A stretch of 64,000 nt of DNA. It comes from Camelus dromedarius. Taxonomy: Eukaryota. Positions 49,511-63,340 of the stretch are shown here, one piece after another; position 1 is the first letter of the stretch, and the number at the start of each line of letters is the position of its first letter. The notes under the pieces were generated by a model. That model did not search any database. It was given only the letters and a program-made list of their open reading frames with translations, and was not told the DNA's origin. Made by a program: the position numbers and the translations under genes. Location: the NCBI RefSeq assembly GCF_036321535.1, contig NC_087436.1, forward strand, positions 89,716,001 to 89,780,000, given 5' to 3'.

Positions 49511-52239
49511 AAACAAAAAACAGCATTTTCCTTTTTTTTTCTCCCCCCACCCCTTCCATCATGTAAGAAAACTATTCAGTATGATCTATTACATCTAAAT
49601 ACATCAGTTTGGTGATCAAGTTCTTCAAATGACTAACTCATTTTATCCTTCCCACAAATCTCTAAATACTGCTTAATATCATCTCTACCCTGAATTATGT
49701 TAACACTCTATGAATATTTCCTGTTTATTTTTATTCTGGAGACATCATTTATGCCTTTCTAACCACCACAAAAGTAGATACGCTCATTCCTGCGAAGCTA
49801 AATTCTCCACTTTTTCAGGATCCATTCAAAAGTTATTTCAACTCTACATGATCAAAACTTCTTTCTTTGATGCTCTCAGCATTTGTTTCTCTACCTGGTT
49901 TTATACAGTTCTCTAGGGTATTCTGGTGGGCTTTAGAGCTGGTATTTTTTTGTGTCTTGTTTCCCAACAAGACCATGTATCTAAGCTCTTTAAGGAAATG
50001 AATGTGATCTTAAACTTCTTTGGTATCCCTCAGAACCTAGTGGAATGTTATAATACACGCAAAAAAACCAAAATGAACAGAACACCCTCTTGACAATAAC
50101 TAAGAACTTCCACATTGTGTGAGATAAGTTTGCTACTTTCCAGTTTCTTGGGTGCAGTCACCTCACACCTGCTGTCCTGGAACATGTGACTTTCAACCAT
50201 TAGCTACATCTCTGCATCAACCTATGTGGGATGAGGTGGACAGGGTGTCTCACTAAGATTTTATTGAAACCATTGTAACAGATTAGGGCTTGTCCCTTGA
50301 ACTTGACCATTTAACACCCACTTCCAAGACAATGTATGGTAAGTGTCAGCAAAATGCCTGGCATATGGGAAGAATTCAGTACATGTTAACAATTTTATTT
50401 TTAAGAAACCGTAACAGATAACCTACACTCAGCATTCAAGCTTCCCTTTTGTCAATAGCAACAAAATTTCAAATATGAAATATAAAAAAACCCAGATGAC
50501 CTCAACATCTAACATTATGTGGTCTTGCATTTTTCAAGAAGGGTATGTTGGTGTGTGATTCTTCCTACAATGGTATGTTTAACGAAATAAATACAATATT
50601 ATTATGAAAAGATAAAGACAAGCCCTGAAGCTATAGATCTGATATAACTGAAATGGTATCTTCACTTCAGAATTTCAAATATAGATTATCACTTTATGGT
50701 CTAGGTTTATATTGTTTGTGTTAAGATACAGCAACTCACCTGCCTGGTTCTTTGGTCTGCACACAAACTGGTAAGTTCAGATGCAATTTCCTTTTTTAAT
50801 ATTTATGAATTAATTAAGTTGTTTTTCTGCTAGAGTTTAGGTTGCTTTTATTTTACTTTATAATAGAGTGTCATTCCAGACATTCTATTAAATTAAATGG
50901 ATTTGGAGAGAAACCAAATGTATAATTTAATGGGAAAACAAATCTTTAAAGATAAACTAATAAGATCTTAGAACTTTTACAAATAAGTAGCAGAAGTTTA
51001 GAATCAGTAAGTACATACCATGATTTTCATTATAGAAAATAGGAAATGACACAATATAAAATTAGTTTTTAATTGGGCAATAATAATTTTCTTAATTAGT
51101 ATTTTATTATGAATAAAGGTCGTATGTATAAAGGTCTGATTCTCATCATATTTAGTGAATCATTTCCAGGTACATGTATAGTTTTCTTAATATTTATAAT
51201 TCTGTAGTAGGTAGCATTCACGGTGCAATCCCCTGTATCTGTCAAACTCAGAAACAATATGAACTATTATACAAATAATTAAGTGTATATCATGCTGAAA
51301 ATAAGACAAGGGGACTATTAATAAATAAGAAACTGAAATGAATCCCACACAAAAAAGTAAAGTGGGAGGGAAGTGGCATCTGTACATCATGACTACCATT
51401 GGAAAAAACAAAACAAAAAGCTGCAGTTCAAAAAATGTAGAAGATGCTGCAAAATGTGTTACAATAAACTTAATCATCATACATTTAAGAAAATCCAAGT
51501 TTATAAAAGAATAAGAAATTGAACAAGTAGAATTTGCACTGGATTAAACAGAGGTAATAGAACAATTAGACCCTGCTTCTACAATTAGCATTTAATGTGT
51601 TGGAAAAACAAAACAAGGACTTACACCCTTGGAAATAAAAAATGGTGTGTAAAACAGAAAAATGATTCTGGTAAAGAAGTTGACTCAATGCATGTGCATA
51701 ATTTTTTAAATGAATTCTTATTCATTGTGAACGAAACGTCACAGGAAGTGGTGGTAACTGCGCTTCATTTTCCTTCTTTTTCTCCTTCTAAATTCCAAGT
51801 GCCTTTTTGTTGTTTTGGTTTTCACTATTATTATTTCATTATTATTTTTGCCTGAAACTTAAATCCTTTTTATTCACTCCTTAGGGGATCCCATAAATTT
51901 GCATGATTACTTTGTCTCTGTGAATTATACAGATTTGGGCTCTGTTATTCTATATTGTGAATGTATAAATAAACAAAGGCTAAATATAGCAAATTAGACC
52001 CAAATGCTTTAGGCTGAACATTCTACTTCCTCTGACTACAGTACAGTCCTCTAACTTTGATGTCAGCATCGATGTCAATAGTTGTCACAATTCTCTGTTT
52101 CCTCTATTTTGCTCTCCTGTGGACACTGCTTCCTTTGCAGTCCCCTTAAGCAAGTAATTTACAAAACGTAGACTCTACTTCAGACTAATTCTCACCTATG
52201 AGCTTGTGAAATCTCTTTCTATTTTCCTAGCTCTACTGC

Positions 52240-53820
52240 CCTGCACGCCTCCTTTTGCATAGTATCAACTCTTCCTGTGGAATCCACATTCAGTGCACAC
52301 TTTGGTGCCTGGTCCACAGGACCCTCCATTCCCATGGTATCTGAATGCAAGCAGCAACTTCTCCAGTATCACTCATCCATCTAATCATACCCTCATCCAG
52401 TCACACTGTGGGCCTTGTAGTAACCCCAGCTCACCCGTTTCCAAAATTAGTCATTGAAACTTGCCATTCTGCAGCCCGAACTTCCTGCCCTTCCAGGCTG
52501 TTGGTTTAACCGTTTCCACAACTTTTCTTTCTTTGGCCTCATTGGAAGTTTCACCTCTGATTTCTCATCTTTCTCATTACCTGTTATTACCGCCTCTCCT
52601 CACTTCCTTCTGTTTTCAGCTTAGATTGCATGGTCCTCTATCTCAGTCACTCTCTTTCAAATCTGAAACTCTTTGCTGCATCATAATGATCCCAGCCATT
52701 CTCTGCATCTCCACCTGGGCCAGAAAGCATTGCTGGAGGAATCTGCATAACCAGATTGGAATGATACTGCCATCGATTTTTGTTCACCAGTATAAACGCT
52801 ACTTAAACTTCAAATGACAGTTTCCTGTTCAGCTAATTGTCTTACTTTCCACAGTAACAATTTCAGATCTTTCTATCCCACCCAGACCTCCAGCCTCTTC
52901 TACTTCACCACAATCAGGAGAGTTTCAGAAATCTCTTACTTCCCATAGAAAATAAAAAGTCAGTATGTTGGAACTCCTTCAACCTCCCACCACTAAACAT
53001 AAATACCTCCCTGAATCCTCAGCCATCCTCCTTTTTCCCATGTTTAAAATAGAGGAAACATTTTTTTCTCAAGAGCTGCCTAGATCTCCCATACTCTTTA
53101 TATTTCCTGACTCTTTAACCCACTCCATTCCAATTTATTGAATTGAAAGAGGCAGAGCCACTTCTGCAAAGCTATGCTGCTTAAGTATTCTATGGGATCT
53201 TAATTCACTACGTTACTTAATTTTTCAGAAGCATGATCCTTTGTTTTATAATACGCTCCTCTTGGTTTTCTTCTTACATTTCTTTACTACTCAGCCTTGT
53301 CTCTTTTTTCTTCAAGGCCTAAGTATTTCCTTATTTTCTTCTCTTTTCAGCCTTAACCTCCTCGTAAGATCACGTCTATTTCCAGGACTTCACTCAATAT
53401 CCACAAACTGAACATTTTTCATGTTTATATAACCAGCCAAGACTTTTTTCCTGAATTATAGATCTATACAATTATTTGCTTACTTGGCATTTATACTTGG
53501 ATTTTTCAGAAACATTTCAATTTTCACGTGGCCCAAACTGAACTCAATGCCGCTTACTTTCCACATTCTCCTGTCACCTCCAAACAGGTCCTCAAGTCAG
53601 AATGATGGAAGTCCTTCTTGGTACTGACTCCCCATACAGCATTATGTCCTATCTGTTTTACCTCCCTTATCACTGGAAGTCCCCATTTCTCCCCATTTCT
53701 CCCCATTTCCACCTTACTCATGTATCTGCTGAACTGCAGCAATAGTCCTTCTAACTAGTCTACCTCTATACAAATATGTGTTTAATTAATGACTTAATAA
53801 TTAAAAGAATGAATGAGTTC
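52240..53820 (+). mobile_element. Long degraded L2 (ORF2 remnant to 3' end)
   Basis: C/T-rich sense L2 text (CATTGCTGGAGGAATCTGCATAACC; AACATTTCAATTTTCACGTGGCCCAAACTGAACTC; CTGCAGCAATAGTCCTTCTAACTAGTCT) ending in GAATGAATGA. Confidence 0.75.
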
Positions 53821-55110
53821 CAATTATCACCATTGGAGCAATTTACTCCCTACCTAGAAATTAACTCCTGCTCGAAGATCCGGGACCAATTTATTTCTTT
53901 GGATGCTTAACAGATATTATCACTTTAGGTCCTCCTTTTCTTGACATTATGCAACTTTAGGGACTCCTTTTGGTTGATTTATGAAGTTCTCTCTCGTAAC
54001 TTCACACAGTCTGTGCAGTGTGAGAGACAGACCTTGAAATTTCTGTGGTACTAGGATGGGGGCATTCAGTGTTTTTCAAGGTCCACTGCTCTAAGCTTTA
54101 GGATAACCTCTTCTTATGTCAGAAAAATGAGTTCTAAGACTAAGATTAGTGAATAGGTCTAGTGGAAGTTGTTTAAGCGGAGAGAATAATAACCTTCCTT
54201 GTAAGTCCCAGCTTTCTCATCACTTCCAGGGGTTTTCTACATAGGTTTACGGAACTGATGGTTACTTGTCTTTTCTACAGGGATCCCAAGTGCTCGGCTA
54301 GAGCATGATTCTGTAGTTTAGTGCTTTAGGATTTGTCTATCTATAACAACTTGAAATTTATAAAAGTTCTTCTTCTCCATACCCAGCTCCTATAACTGTC
54401 TGATTGTATTTATTTTTTCCATCTTGATCAGGGTACGATGTCCTGAGACAATTCCTGAGACAAGAGACCTGCTTACCTTGTCCTCATTCTCTCTGAGAAA
54501 TGGAATCATCCCTGAGACCCATTCTTAGTATTGTGTCCTTGATTCCAGCTGGACATTTTAGGCACTCCTGCTAGGCTGTTTTTTATTCCACTGTGCTGTC
54601 CGATGTTTCTGCCCTTATCCACTACTGAAAGCTTGCTTGGAACCCTTTTCTAGACCTAGGGAAGTTAGTTTTGCTCCTCTCATCACTGAGCTTAGGTTCC
54701 AACTTGCAGGGCCCATGGCATTCTGTGTTTATTTATTTTGATCTGATTAAAAAGGTAACATTTATCCAATACAGAAAATTTGTAAGACCTGGAAAAGCAT
54801 TCAATCACAACACAAATACGCACATATACTCACAGTCACTTGTTAGAGGACTAGCATTGAATTGAAGCCAAAATGTCAAAATCTTGGATTCTAAGATTTT
54901 AAACCACTCAATGCTTTGATACACTTGAAATATATTGACACACCATCTGACACCTCCTTATTATGGCTGCATATTGATCAAATAAATAGTATAGAAGTAA
55001 TTTAATCAGCTGAGAGAAAGAAGACTCACTTGGTGACCTAGTTAATAAATGGATTACAAAATTATCACCAATATTGATCATGTTTTACTTTATTCAAAAA
55101 TTTTTTTAGC

Positions 55111-55246
55111 AGGGAGGGTATAGCTCAGTGGTAGAGCAGGTGCTTAGGATGTACAAGTTCATGGGTTCAATCCCCAGTATCTCCTTTAAAAATAAATAGA
55201 TAAATAAATAAAGAAAGAAACCTAATTAACTCCCACCCCCAAAAAA
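55111..55246 (+). mobile_element. tRNA-derived SINE (camelid-type), full length
   Basis: AGGGAGGGTATAGCTCAGTGGTAGAGC (A box)...GGTTCAATCCCCAGT (B box)...AAATAAATA...CCTAATTAACTCCCACCCCCAAAAAA. Confidence 0.9.
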
Positions 55247-55280
55247 TATTTTTCAAAATTGTATTTTTTTTCTTTTTGGC

Positions 55281-55321
<41 letters not shown>

Positions 55322-55330
55322 TAATAATAA
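55281..55330. repeat. (AAT)n microsatellite
   Basis: Directly visible; source of the poly-Ile ORF. Confidence 0.95.
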
Positions 55331-55624
55331 ACTATACCTTATAAAGACAAGTTCAATAGAGTGTAAAATGTATGATGCATATAAAATAGAATAATAAAAT
55401 CCGAAGTGAAATAATACAATCCAATATATAATATGCAAATTCAAATGATATTGTATGTGAAAGAGTCTAGCCAACAAGTTGACATTGTGTTGTTATTTAA
55501 AGGATAAAAGGATATTTTAATGGAAACCTACAGACATTTTAGGAAGAGCTTTATGATAAAATGGAATATTTAGTATTGGAGAACTTATTTAAGGCCAAGG
55601 TTTATTTATTGAAAGAATAGTGAT

Positions 55625-55803
55625 GAGGGAGGGTGTAGCTCAAGTGGTAGAATGCGTGCTTAGCACACACAAGGTCCTGGATTGAATCCCCAGCACCTCC
55701 TCTAAAAATAAATAAATAAACCTAACTGCCACTCCCCACAAAAAAATTAAATGAATTTTAAAACAAACAAACAAAAAACCCCAAAAAACAAACAAACCAA
55801 AAA
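55625..55803 (+). mobile_element. tRNA-derived SINE (camelid-type), full length with TSD
   Basis: GAGGGAGGGTGTAGCTCAAGTGGTAGAA...ATTGAATCCCCAGCACC; long A-rich tail; TSD AAAGAATAGTGAT (55612-55624) / AAAAAATAGTGAT (55804-55816). Confidence 0.9.
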
Positions 55804-57276
55804 AAAAAATAGTGATTCTCTTGTCAATGCTGTTACTTCCCTTAACTGACGTAAAAAGTTACTGGTTTATACCCTGCATTCTCTTATAGAACAGAAACTA
55901 CAAATTTTTTTCCACAAGGCTGGATCCCAAGTAGGTATCAGAGTCTAAGTGATGAAAAAAGGTCTGCTTTTTGTGGGAGTAGCACATATTTAGCAATCTC
56001 CTGTCTATTACATTTTTCTTCCAAGATCCTGCTCCCTTAATACATTTTCTGGAACAATTTACTACTATATCAGAACTGCTAAAAAATGACTCACCTATTT
56101 CTTGGGATAAATTATATCGCCTTTCTTACTTCACAGCTGAGAATGACCGAACAGCGAGGAGTGAAATCTCCCAAATGGAACTTTCAGCTTGAGCACTGCT
56201 TTGGAATTATGCCAGCTCTCCCCGAGTATTAACTGTTCTACTCATGGTTGTTTAATTCTTTAAATTGCAGTTTGAGTTCTGGCTATGTTAGATCTACAGA
56301 TAGAAAAATTCAGATGTTTCACAGGAATTCGGAGAATTAATTTTTCATCCTAATAAGATTTGCTATGTCCTAGAAAAGGAAGTAAGTTAATTATGGTGTA
56401 TGATTTAATAAAATTCAAAGGGAAAGGGAATGAGTATCTTTATATTTACACAGAAACTTCTTTATAAGAGGCATTGAAAATGTAGTTTGATCCTTAATTT
56501 CCTCAGTAGTTTAATTTGCCTTATTTTGCTTCCTCTCACCAGAAAAGTGATGTCTAATCCATTGGAGTTTGTCTTTGGGATTAGTTTAGTGGTGGAGAGA
56601 AAACACTAGCCCTGTTATCTTCCCTGTGAAGCTCAGAACAGCTTCATTTGAATCCACTAATGACTCCAAGTTAATTTTATGTCTTTAAGGCATACATAGA
56701 GTAAAATATAAAATGGGGCCATGCCTCTCTCAATGGAATTTTTAACGGATAGTTTAAATATCACACTAATTTGTGTTTTATTTCTACCCTTGGAGCAATG
56801 ACCTAAGAACAGGAAAGAATCTGTAACTTAATCTCATTAAACCCTGGAGAAGAGAAAAGAGCTCATCTTTGACCTCATCTTTTTTTTTTTTTTTTTTTTT
56901 TGGCTTTCTGCTGATGCTCTGTGGGATAGGAGAAGGAATAGAGAGATGCCAGCATTAAATATGGTTTTAGACTTCACATTCACTGAGGGCTTAATTTCCC
57001 TATTTAAAAATGTATCTAAATTGCTTTAAAAAAGTGCTGACCAGGATTTGTAGCATGTTCAGCAGACTTTTAATTGATGTAGCATATTAAAGATGCTGAG
57101 TATATAACCGTGCCCCATTTCTTTTTTTTTATAATGATAATATTAAACTTTAGACTGACAAGAGTATTCTCTTTCAAGAGCACTCAATGTGAACCTCACT
57201 TCTTCCCAGCAACTCCATACGGAGAAAGCCATCTTTCTACCTATCTGCTGGGTGCCTAACAGGCTACATATTTAAG

Positions 57277-57400
57277 TAGGATGACCATGTGATTTATTGC
57301 CCAGACAGGGACACTTTGGAGAGGAAAACGGGATGCTATTAATAATTAAACCAAGTATAAATAGGGATGTCTCAAGAAAGGCAAGACTTAAAATGACAAG
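57277..57400. mobile_element. hAT-Blackjack MITE (MER94/MER81-like)
   Basis: TAGGATGACCATGTGATTTATTGCCCAGACAGGGACACTTTGGAGAG...TGCTATTAATAATTA. Confidence 0.65.
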
Positions 57401-57654
57401 AGAAATTGGGATGAAGTAGGACAAATAAATGATTGAACTCGGATTTTGGGGAGTTTAACTTGACTTTCATGATCACCACAACTCTCTAGAGATTAGTGAC
57501 ATGAAGCCCCAGATTTACTATTCCACACTTTTAACAAATGAAAACTATATTCTAAAGATATCATACTTTGCTTGACTCTTATGGGTTTCTCTTTGCTTTT
57601 TTCCAATAAGTTTCTTTGCTTTGTTTTTTTTTTTGTTGTTGTTGTTTTTGTTAT

Positions 57655-59270
57655 AAATCAGGATTATGAAAGTATAATTTACATACAGGAAAATTTACCC
57701 TTTTAGGTTTACAGTTGTTTGAGTTTTCCCACAACATCATCAAGATATAGAATATATCCATCATCCACAAAGTTTCTTTATGCCCTTTTGTTGTCACTTT
57801 CCTCTGCCCAAAGTCAGAAACTGACAACTACTTAGCTACATGTTTTCTAAAATGCCATATAAATGAAATTATATGGTTTGCAACTTTTTGAGTCTGGTTT
57901 CTTTCCCTTTGCATATTGCATTTGAGATTTGTCGATATTGCATGGATCTGCAGTTTGTTTTCTTTTTATTGATCTTTTTGATAAGTGGCATTCCACTGAA
58001 GGACATTTGTATTTTGGGTAATTATGATTACAACCAATATAACTCCTTTTTTTCATCCACACAATGTTTTCATCACTCATCTTTTTATAAAAATTTACAA
58101 CTAATATAACTCTTGCATACAGATCATTGAGTGGACATTGTTTTCATTATCTCGGAGACTTAGGAGCAGGATTATTGGGTTGGATGGTAAGTGTATACTT
58201 GATTTGACAAGAAACTACTGATTTGTTTTCCAAAGTGACAATACTGTGCTTTATTCTACCAGCACTGCATGAGAATTGAAGTTTTTCTTCACCTTCACCA
58301 GCAATTGATATTGCCATTAAAATCTTTTATCCATTCTTATAGATGTATAGTGGTACCTCATCATGGTTTAAACTTGCTTTCTCTATTGGTAGTCATGTTG
58401 AGCATCTTTGCACATGCTTTTTTATCATCCATATGTTTACTTTTATGAAGCACCTGTCCAAATTTTTGCCTACTTTGAGTCATGATCTTCTTTTCTTATT
58501 GTTGAACTTTTTGGACGCAAATCCTTTATAAGAGATGTGTTATGCAAATATTTTCTTCCAGTCTGTAGCTTGTCTTTTCATGTTCTTAATAGTGTCTTTG
58601 AGGGGTAGGAATGTTAACTCTGATGAAGTCTAATTTATCATTTTTTTCTTGATGATTTATACTTGTAGTATTCTATCTAGGAAATCTTTGCTTAATCCAA
58701 GGTTGTAAACATTTTTCTCATTATTTTTCAAGAAATCTTAGATTTTTACATTTTACTTTTATGTCTATTATCCACTTTATGTTAATTTTTCTATGTGTTA
58801 CAAGGTTGAAGTGAGTTTTTTCTGTTTGTTTTGCTATGGATGTCCAATTGTTCCTGCACCATTTGTTGAAAATACCATCTTTTCTCTATTTAATTGCCTT
58901 TGGCATCTTTATCAAACATTAATTGACCACATATGTGTGTATCTATTTTTGGACACTTCTGTTCTCTTGATATATGAGTCTATGCTCTGGTCAGTACTAC
59001 ACTCCCTTACTTACAGTCAGTCCCAACATTAAGTAGTGTGATTCTTCCTTCAACTTTGATTTTCTTCTTCTCTCTCTCCTCCTACTTCCTCCTCCCCTCC
59101 CTTATTGTCCTCCTCTGTCTTATTCTGGTTATTCTAGTTTCTTTGCTTCTCCACATACATTTCAATACCAGCTTATAGATTTCTCCAAAATGAACAAACA
59201 AACAAAACCCTTGCTTGGGTTTTATTTAGAGTTATATTGAAGTGTATAAATAAATTTGGGGGATTTGATT
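57655..59270 (-). mobile_element. L1 (L1MB-type) 3'UTR and ORF2 end
   Basis: Continuous antisense L1: TGAAGTATAATTTACATACAG...GCAAATATTTTCTTCCAGTCTGTAGCTTGTC...CACCATTTGTTGAAAA. Confidence 0.9.
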
Positions 59271-60029
59271 ACAAGAAGAAATAATGACCAAAAAAATGGG
59301 TATTTAATGTGAATCCATGGGTGTTGAAATTTCAACTCCAGCCAAGAAATATGTTACAATCCTTTTCAGCTTTGCATCTGACCCTTCTGCCATCTTTCCT
59401 TCAGTCCTGATACTGCCCAACTGGACTTGGTGTTGGCAGATAGTGTGAGTCAAGAAAGCATTTGCAAACATTGGGATCCTGCCAGACTTCAGTTTATCAG
59501 GACACCTCTACATCAGCTGACAGCGACTTGTTCATGACCAGCCATGGGAGAATGCTGTTCTGGCTACAGGAACTCAGTCAGACACACACAAGGACCCAAC
59601 AGTTGTAAGTGGAAGCATCAAAGTCAGAAATGAACTGGGCAAAAGTAGCTGCTTCATGACACTGAGGCAATTCGTGGTGTCTGCTACCTGCCTCATGACC
59701 CTGGTTTGGGCAGCAGGCTTGACATGTACAATGGACAAACCAATGTTAATGATAATTTTGAATAACAGTTATGTCACATTCACAAGAATTAAATTAAAAG
59801 AAGGATTTTCTTGTGCACATTCATGTACCCTGATGCTGGAAGAATATATTTTGAGCAGAGGCTTCAAAAGTATTAGCTGAATGAATGAAATTATGTACAA
59901 TTTTTACTCAAATTCATAGCATTAAGAACCTTATTTTAAAAATGTTTAACAGTATTAAACCATCAGCTGGCATATGAATCTAATGAGTGCCTTTTCTAAA
60001 CAAGTAATTTCCAACATTTTAAATTTTCT

Positions 60030-60252
60030 TTTTAAATATTTTTTTAATTGGAGTATATTTCATGTACAAAAGATATAAATTACAGGTATACAGTATAGTG
60101 ATTCACAATTTTGAAAGGTTATACTGCATTTGTAGTTATTATAAAATATCGTCCATATTCCCTGTGTTATGCAGTACGTCCTTGTAGCTTATTTTGTACA
60201 TAATTGTTTGTACTTCTTGTACCTCTGCCACCATATTGCCCCTCCCCCTCCT
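60030..60252 (-). mobile_element. Young L1 3' end with perfect 17-bp TSD
   Basis: TSD AACATTTTAAATTTTCT at 60013-60029 and 60253-60269; L1 3'UTR text GGTATACAGTATAGTGATTCACAATTTTGAAAGGTTATACT. Confidence 0.9.
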
Positions 60253-61479
60253 AACATTTTAAATTTTCTCCATTTTGCTCATTATGGGTGAAAATTTGTC
60301 AGCCTCCTTCTTGTGACCTTCTCTATTTTTCTTTTCTTTTAATCTAACAGGAACGTAAGTGGATCACTTGAAATCCTAGCTCTGTGGATACTGATATCTG
60401 AAATTTCTGGCCTGCATTCTTGATTACTCTGAATGCATGAATTCCATAAGAAAAATCTAAGAGAAAAGGGGAAAAAATCTTGGATACTTTGTTCTTCATT
60501 GTTACATTATACATGAATTGCCTAGCCAAAAAAAAATAAAAAAAGTAAAAAGTAACAATGTGTTTTCTTTTCCTCACCATGGTTTTCTCAACTTCCCTTT
60601 AGATGGATTGCCTGGAGGAGCGACATTGATCTTTTTTCCTCTGACTTTTGTTCTTCTGAATGAATTTGCTCATCTACTACTTGACACTGGGTGGTATCCT
60701 GCCTACTTCTACTGACAGTCTGCACATAAACTGTTGCCTCGCTGTGCCTCGTCTATTTAAATTGCATTCCTTGCATTGTGAAATGAAATGAGCTACAATT
60801 TGGGGGCTAAAATCTGGGGCTATCAGTTATTGACATTGAAAAAAGTAAAAATCACCACACATAATGTTGGACTCAAGTACCTATTAAAATTGTACCCTAA
60901 AAGACAAACTGAAAATGAGATTCAGACACTCTCTTTACACGAGCTCACCTCACCTCTACTGAAATAGCAATGAAAATAAGCCATAATCTTGACATCGCTT
61001 TGGAAAAAGTCCTCAATTATGTTCTAAATACCAAATCAAATCAACTCTTTTAACTTTTGCCTTATTTCAACTTTCTCCTTTGCTTATCATTTTCTCTTTC
61101 TTTGCAATGACTTTTCTATAATAGAAATCATATTTGGTAATTTTAGAAAATGTGAGAAATCCACAAATACTTTTTGAAAAGAGGAAAATCAAGGAACTGG
61201 TTAAGAAAACACCATATAGGAGTAATTAATTACTTTTTGCATGCACACATAGTGTGCATTATGCACACTGTATGTGTGATTAATGTAATATATATGCAAT
61301 GCTTTATACAATGTATATTACATATTTTACTCATATGCATTATGCAATATAGAATATGCAGTAAGTAGTTGTGAATAAAACATAGAAGTTGATATGTGCA
61401 TATAAATGATTAATTTTTTACATTTGACATTATAGCTTTTTTTGTGTTATAAAAATCACACATAAATATATTAGTGCAG

Positions 61480-61815
61480 ATATTCTTTTTTAACATGTTA
61501 TTTTATTCTTGCAAATATTTAGAAGTAGAGACATTAGATTAAAGGTTATATACATTTTAAGGCTGGAATATTTTACCCAGGTTACTAGCTGTACTTCTGT
61601 ATTCTTTTATCAACAATGTATAGGAAAACCTATTTCACAGCTCTGAATAATGTCATGCTTTAAAAAAAAATGTTAATGTGATGAGAACAAGTAATTCTTG
61701 ATGATCGTTTTTACTAATGTCTTTCATTATTACTGAAGATGAATATTTTCATGTGATTATTAGCCTTTTGCATTTCTTCTTTTGTGAATAGATTGTTCAA
61801 GTCATTTGCCCTTTT
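61480..61815 (-). mobile_element. Ancient L1 fragment (L1ME-type)
   Basis: GAATATTTTCATGTGATTATTAGCCTTTTGCATTTCTTCTTTTGTGAATAGATTGTTCAAGTCATTTGCCC. Confidence 0.7.
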
Positions 61816-63189
61816 TCTTTTCTTTCTGCTAAACTCTACCTCATTGAAACTTACTCCTGCTTTATTTTCCATAAAATCACTTGTACTGATTCTCCCCCAC
61901 CCCTCAGTTCTCAGAAATTTACTTGTCAAGCTCATCACGAGTTATCCTCCTGCGAATCAGGAGTAAATTCTGCTATTTTTTGTATGTTGGGACTGAGAGA
62001 AGACACTTGAATATCAATCAAAGTTTTCTCCCAAACTCACATTCCAAATTTCCCTGGAGCACGATATCGCTTTCCCAGCCCTTATTCCCCAAACCCCACA
62101 TCCCAGGAAGAATTCATATTTGTATAACAGGAATGCTTTTGAGTTTCAAAAATGACATTTGCAAAGCACAGGTTTTTAAATTGTGAGAATTAGGCTTTTA
62201 GAATGGAAAGTGACTCCTATTCTAATATTTGACTTTTGTTTGTTGTTCGAGAAGTCTTTAGGAATCAGAGTCCAAAGCGCATGCCGTGAACAGTGACAGT
62301 GAACATGCCGCTGGCCAGGCTGCCTGAGGGGGGAAGCAGAGACAGGAGCGAGGCGGGGAGTCACTGGTATATGACTCTCAGATGGGGTCCTTTCTCCCTC
62401 CTGCGGGAGAACATAAAAACTCTAATTAAGGTGGAAGAATCTGCGAGTGAAGGAAATGTGTTCCTCACTGTCCAAGGTGTAGCTGAGGATAAAGGTAAAC
62501 TTGGGGTAAAGTCCTAAGCCAAATAGGACACTGTACCAGGAAAGCCACACAGAATTCTATTCTCTTCAAATTTTTAAAGGGAGCAGCAGAAATATCTCCC
62601 ACCGTGAAATATGGTACAGACATAAATGGGGGAAAGAAAGATTAGAAACACATGCTAGACCATCTTAATGGTGTTGTAGCCATCCTTTCCTAGAATGCTC
62701 TCTGGAACATTACCAGTCTGGTTTCCTGCCCACACTTTGACCATAGGACTTAAATTTTTATTTCAATGATTGTTCTTGCTTGCTGTACCCCAAACTCTTT
62801 GAACACAGAGCTGAATTCCATTCATTATTTGATCCACAGTGATTTAAATTACTTCTACAGCATAGAAGACATTCAAGTAAGTAATCTCTTAAAAAGTTGA
62901 GTGCAATTTGCAGGTAAGCTTTTAAGGGGAAGGGACCTCTGACTTGGCTTCTTCTTCCTCCCATGAAGACTTTTTGAGGCTCCAGCCTGACTTCATGGTG
63001 GAGATAGACTAGAAGGCAAGAAAGAGAGGATGTGTTCATGCTCTTTGACCTCAACTACTGTTAATATAGTCCAATGAATGTCTTAATATCTCACCAACCA
63101 AATTGTGAACTTCTCTCTCAGAAAAGAAATGGAAAAGAAACAGGCAGACTAGGACTAATGGGAGAAGGTTCAGAAATGTCCTCTCCCCT

Positions 63190-63340
63190 TTCATTATTAT
63201 AACTCTTATTTGATAGCTTAGAAGTCAGAAGATAGGATATTGTTATTTTATCAAGATCATAGAGCTATGAATTAACAAAGCCAAAATGGAAACCCCAGCT
63301 TATCTGGTCACAAAAAACATACTCTTTCCTCTACATCAGG
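63190..63340 (-). mobile_element. MIR fragment
   Basis: TCAAGATCATAGAGCTATGAATTAACAAAGCCAAAATGGAAACCCCAG...ACTCTTTCCTCTACATCA. Confidence 0.5.

Noticed and set aside
52461..52817. 118-aa ORF
   Set aside because: Falls inside a degraded L2 element; not a host gene.
55111..55190. tRNA-like sequence (also at 21763, 24400 and 55625)
   Set aside because: These are SINE heads with A-rich tails and degenerate stems, some with TSDs; not functional tRNA genes.
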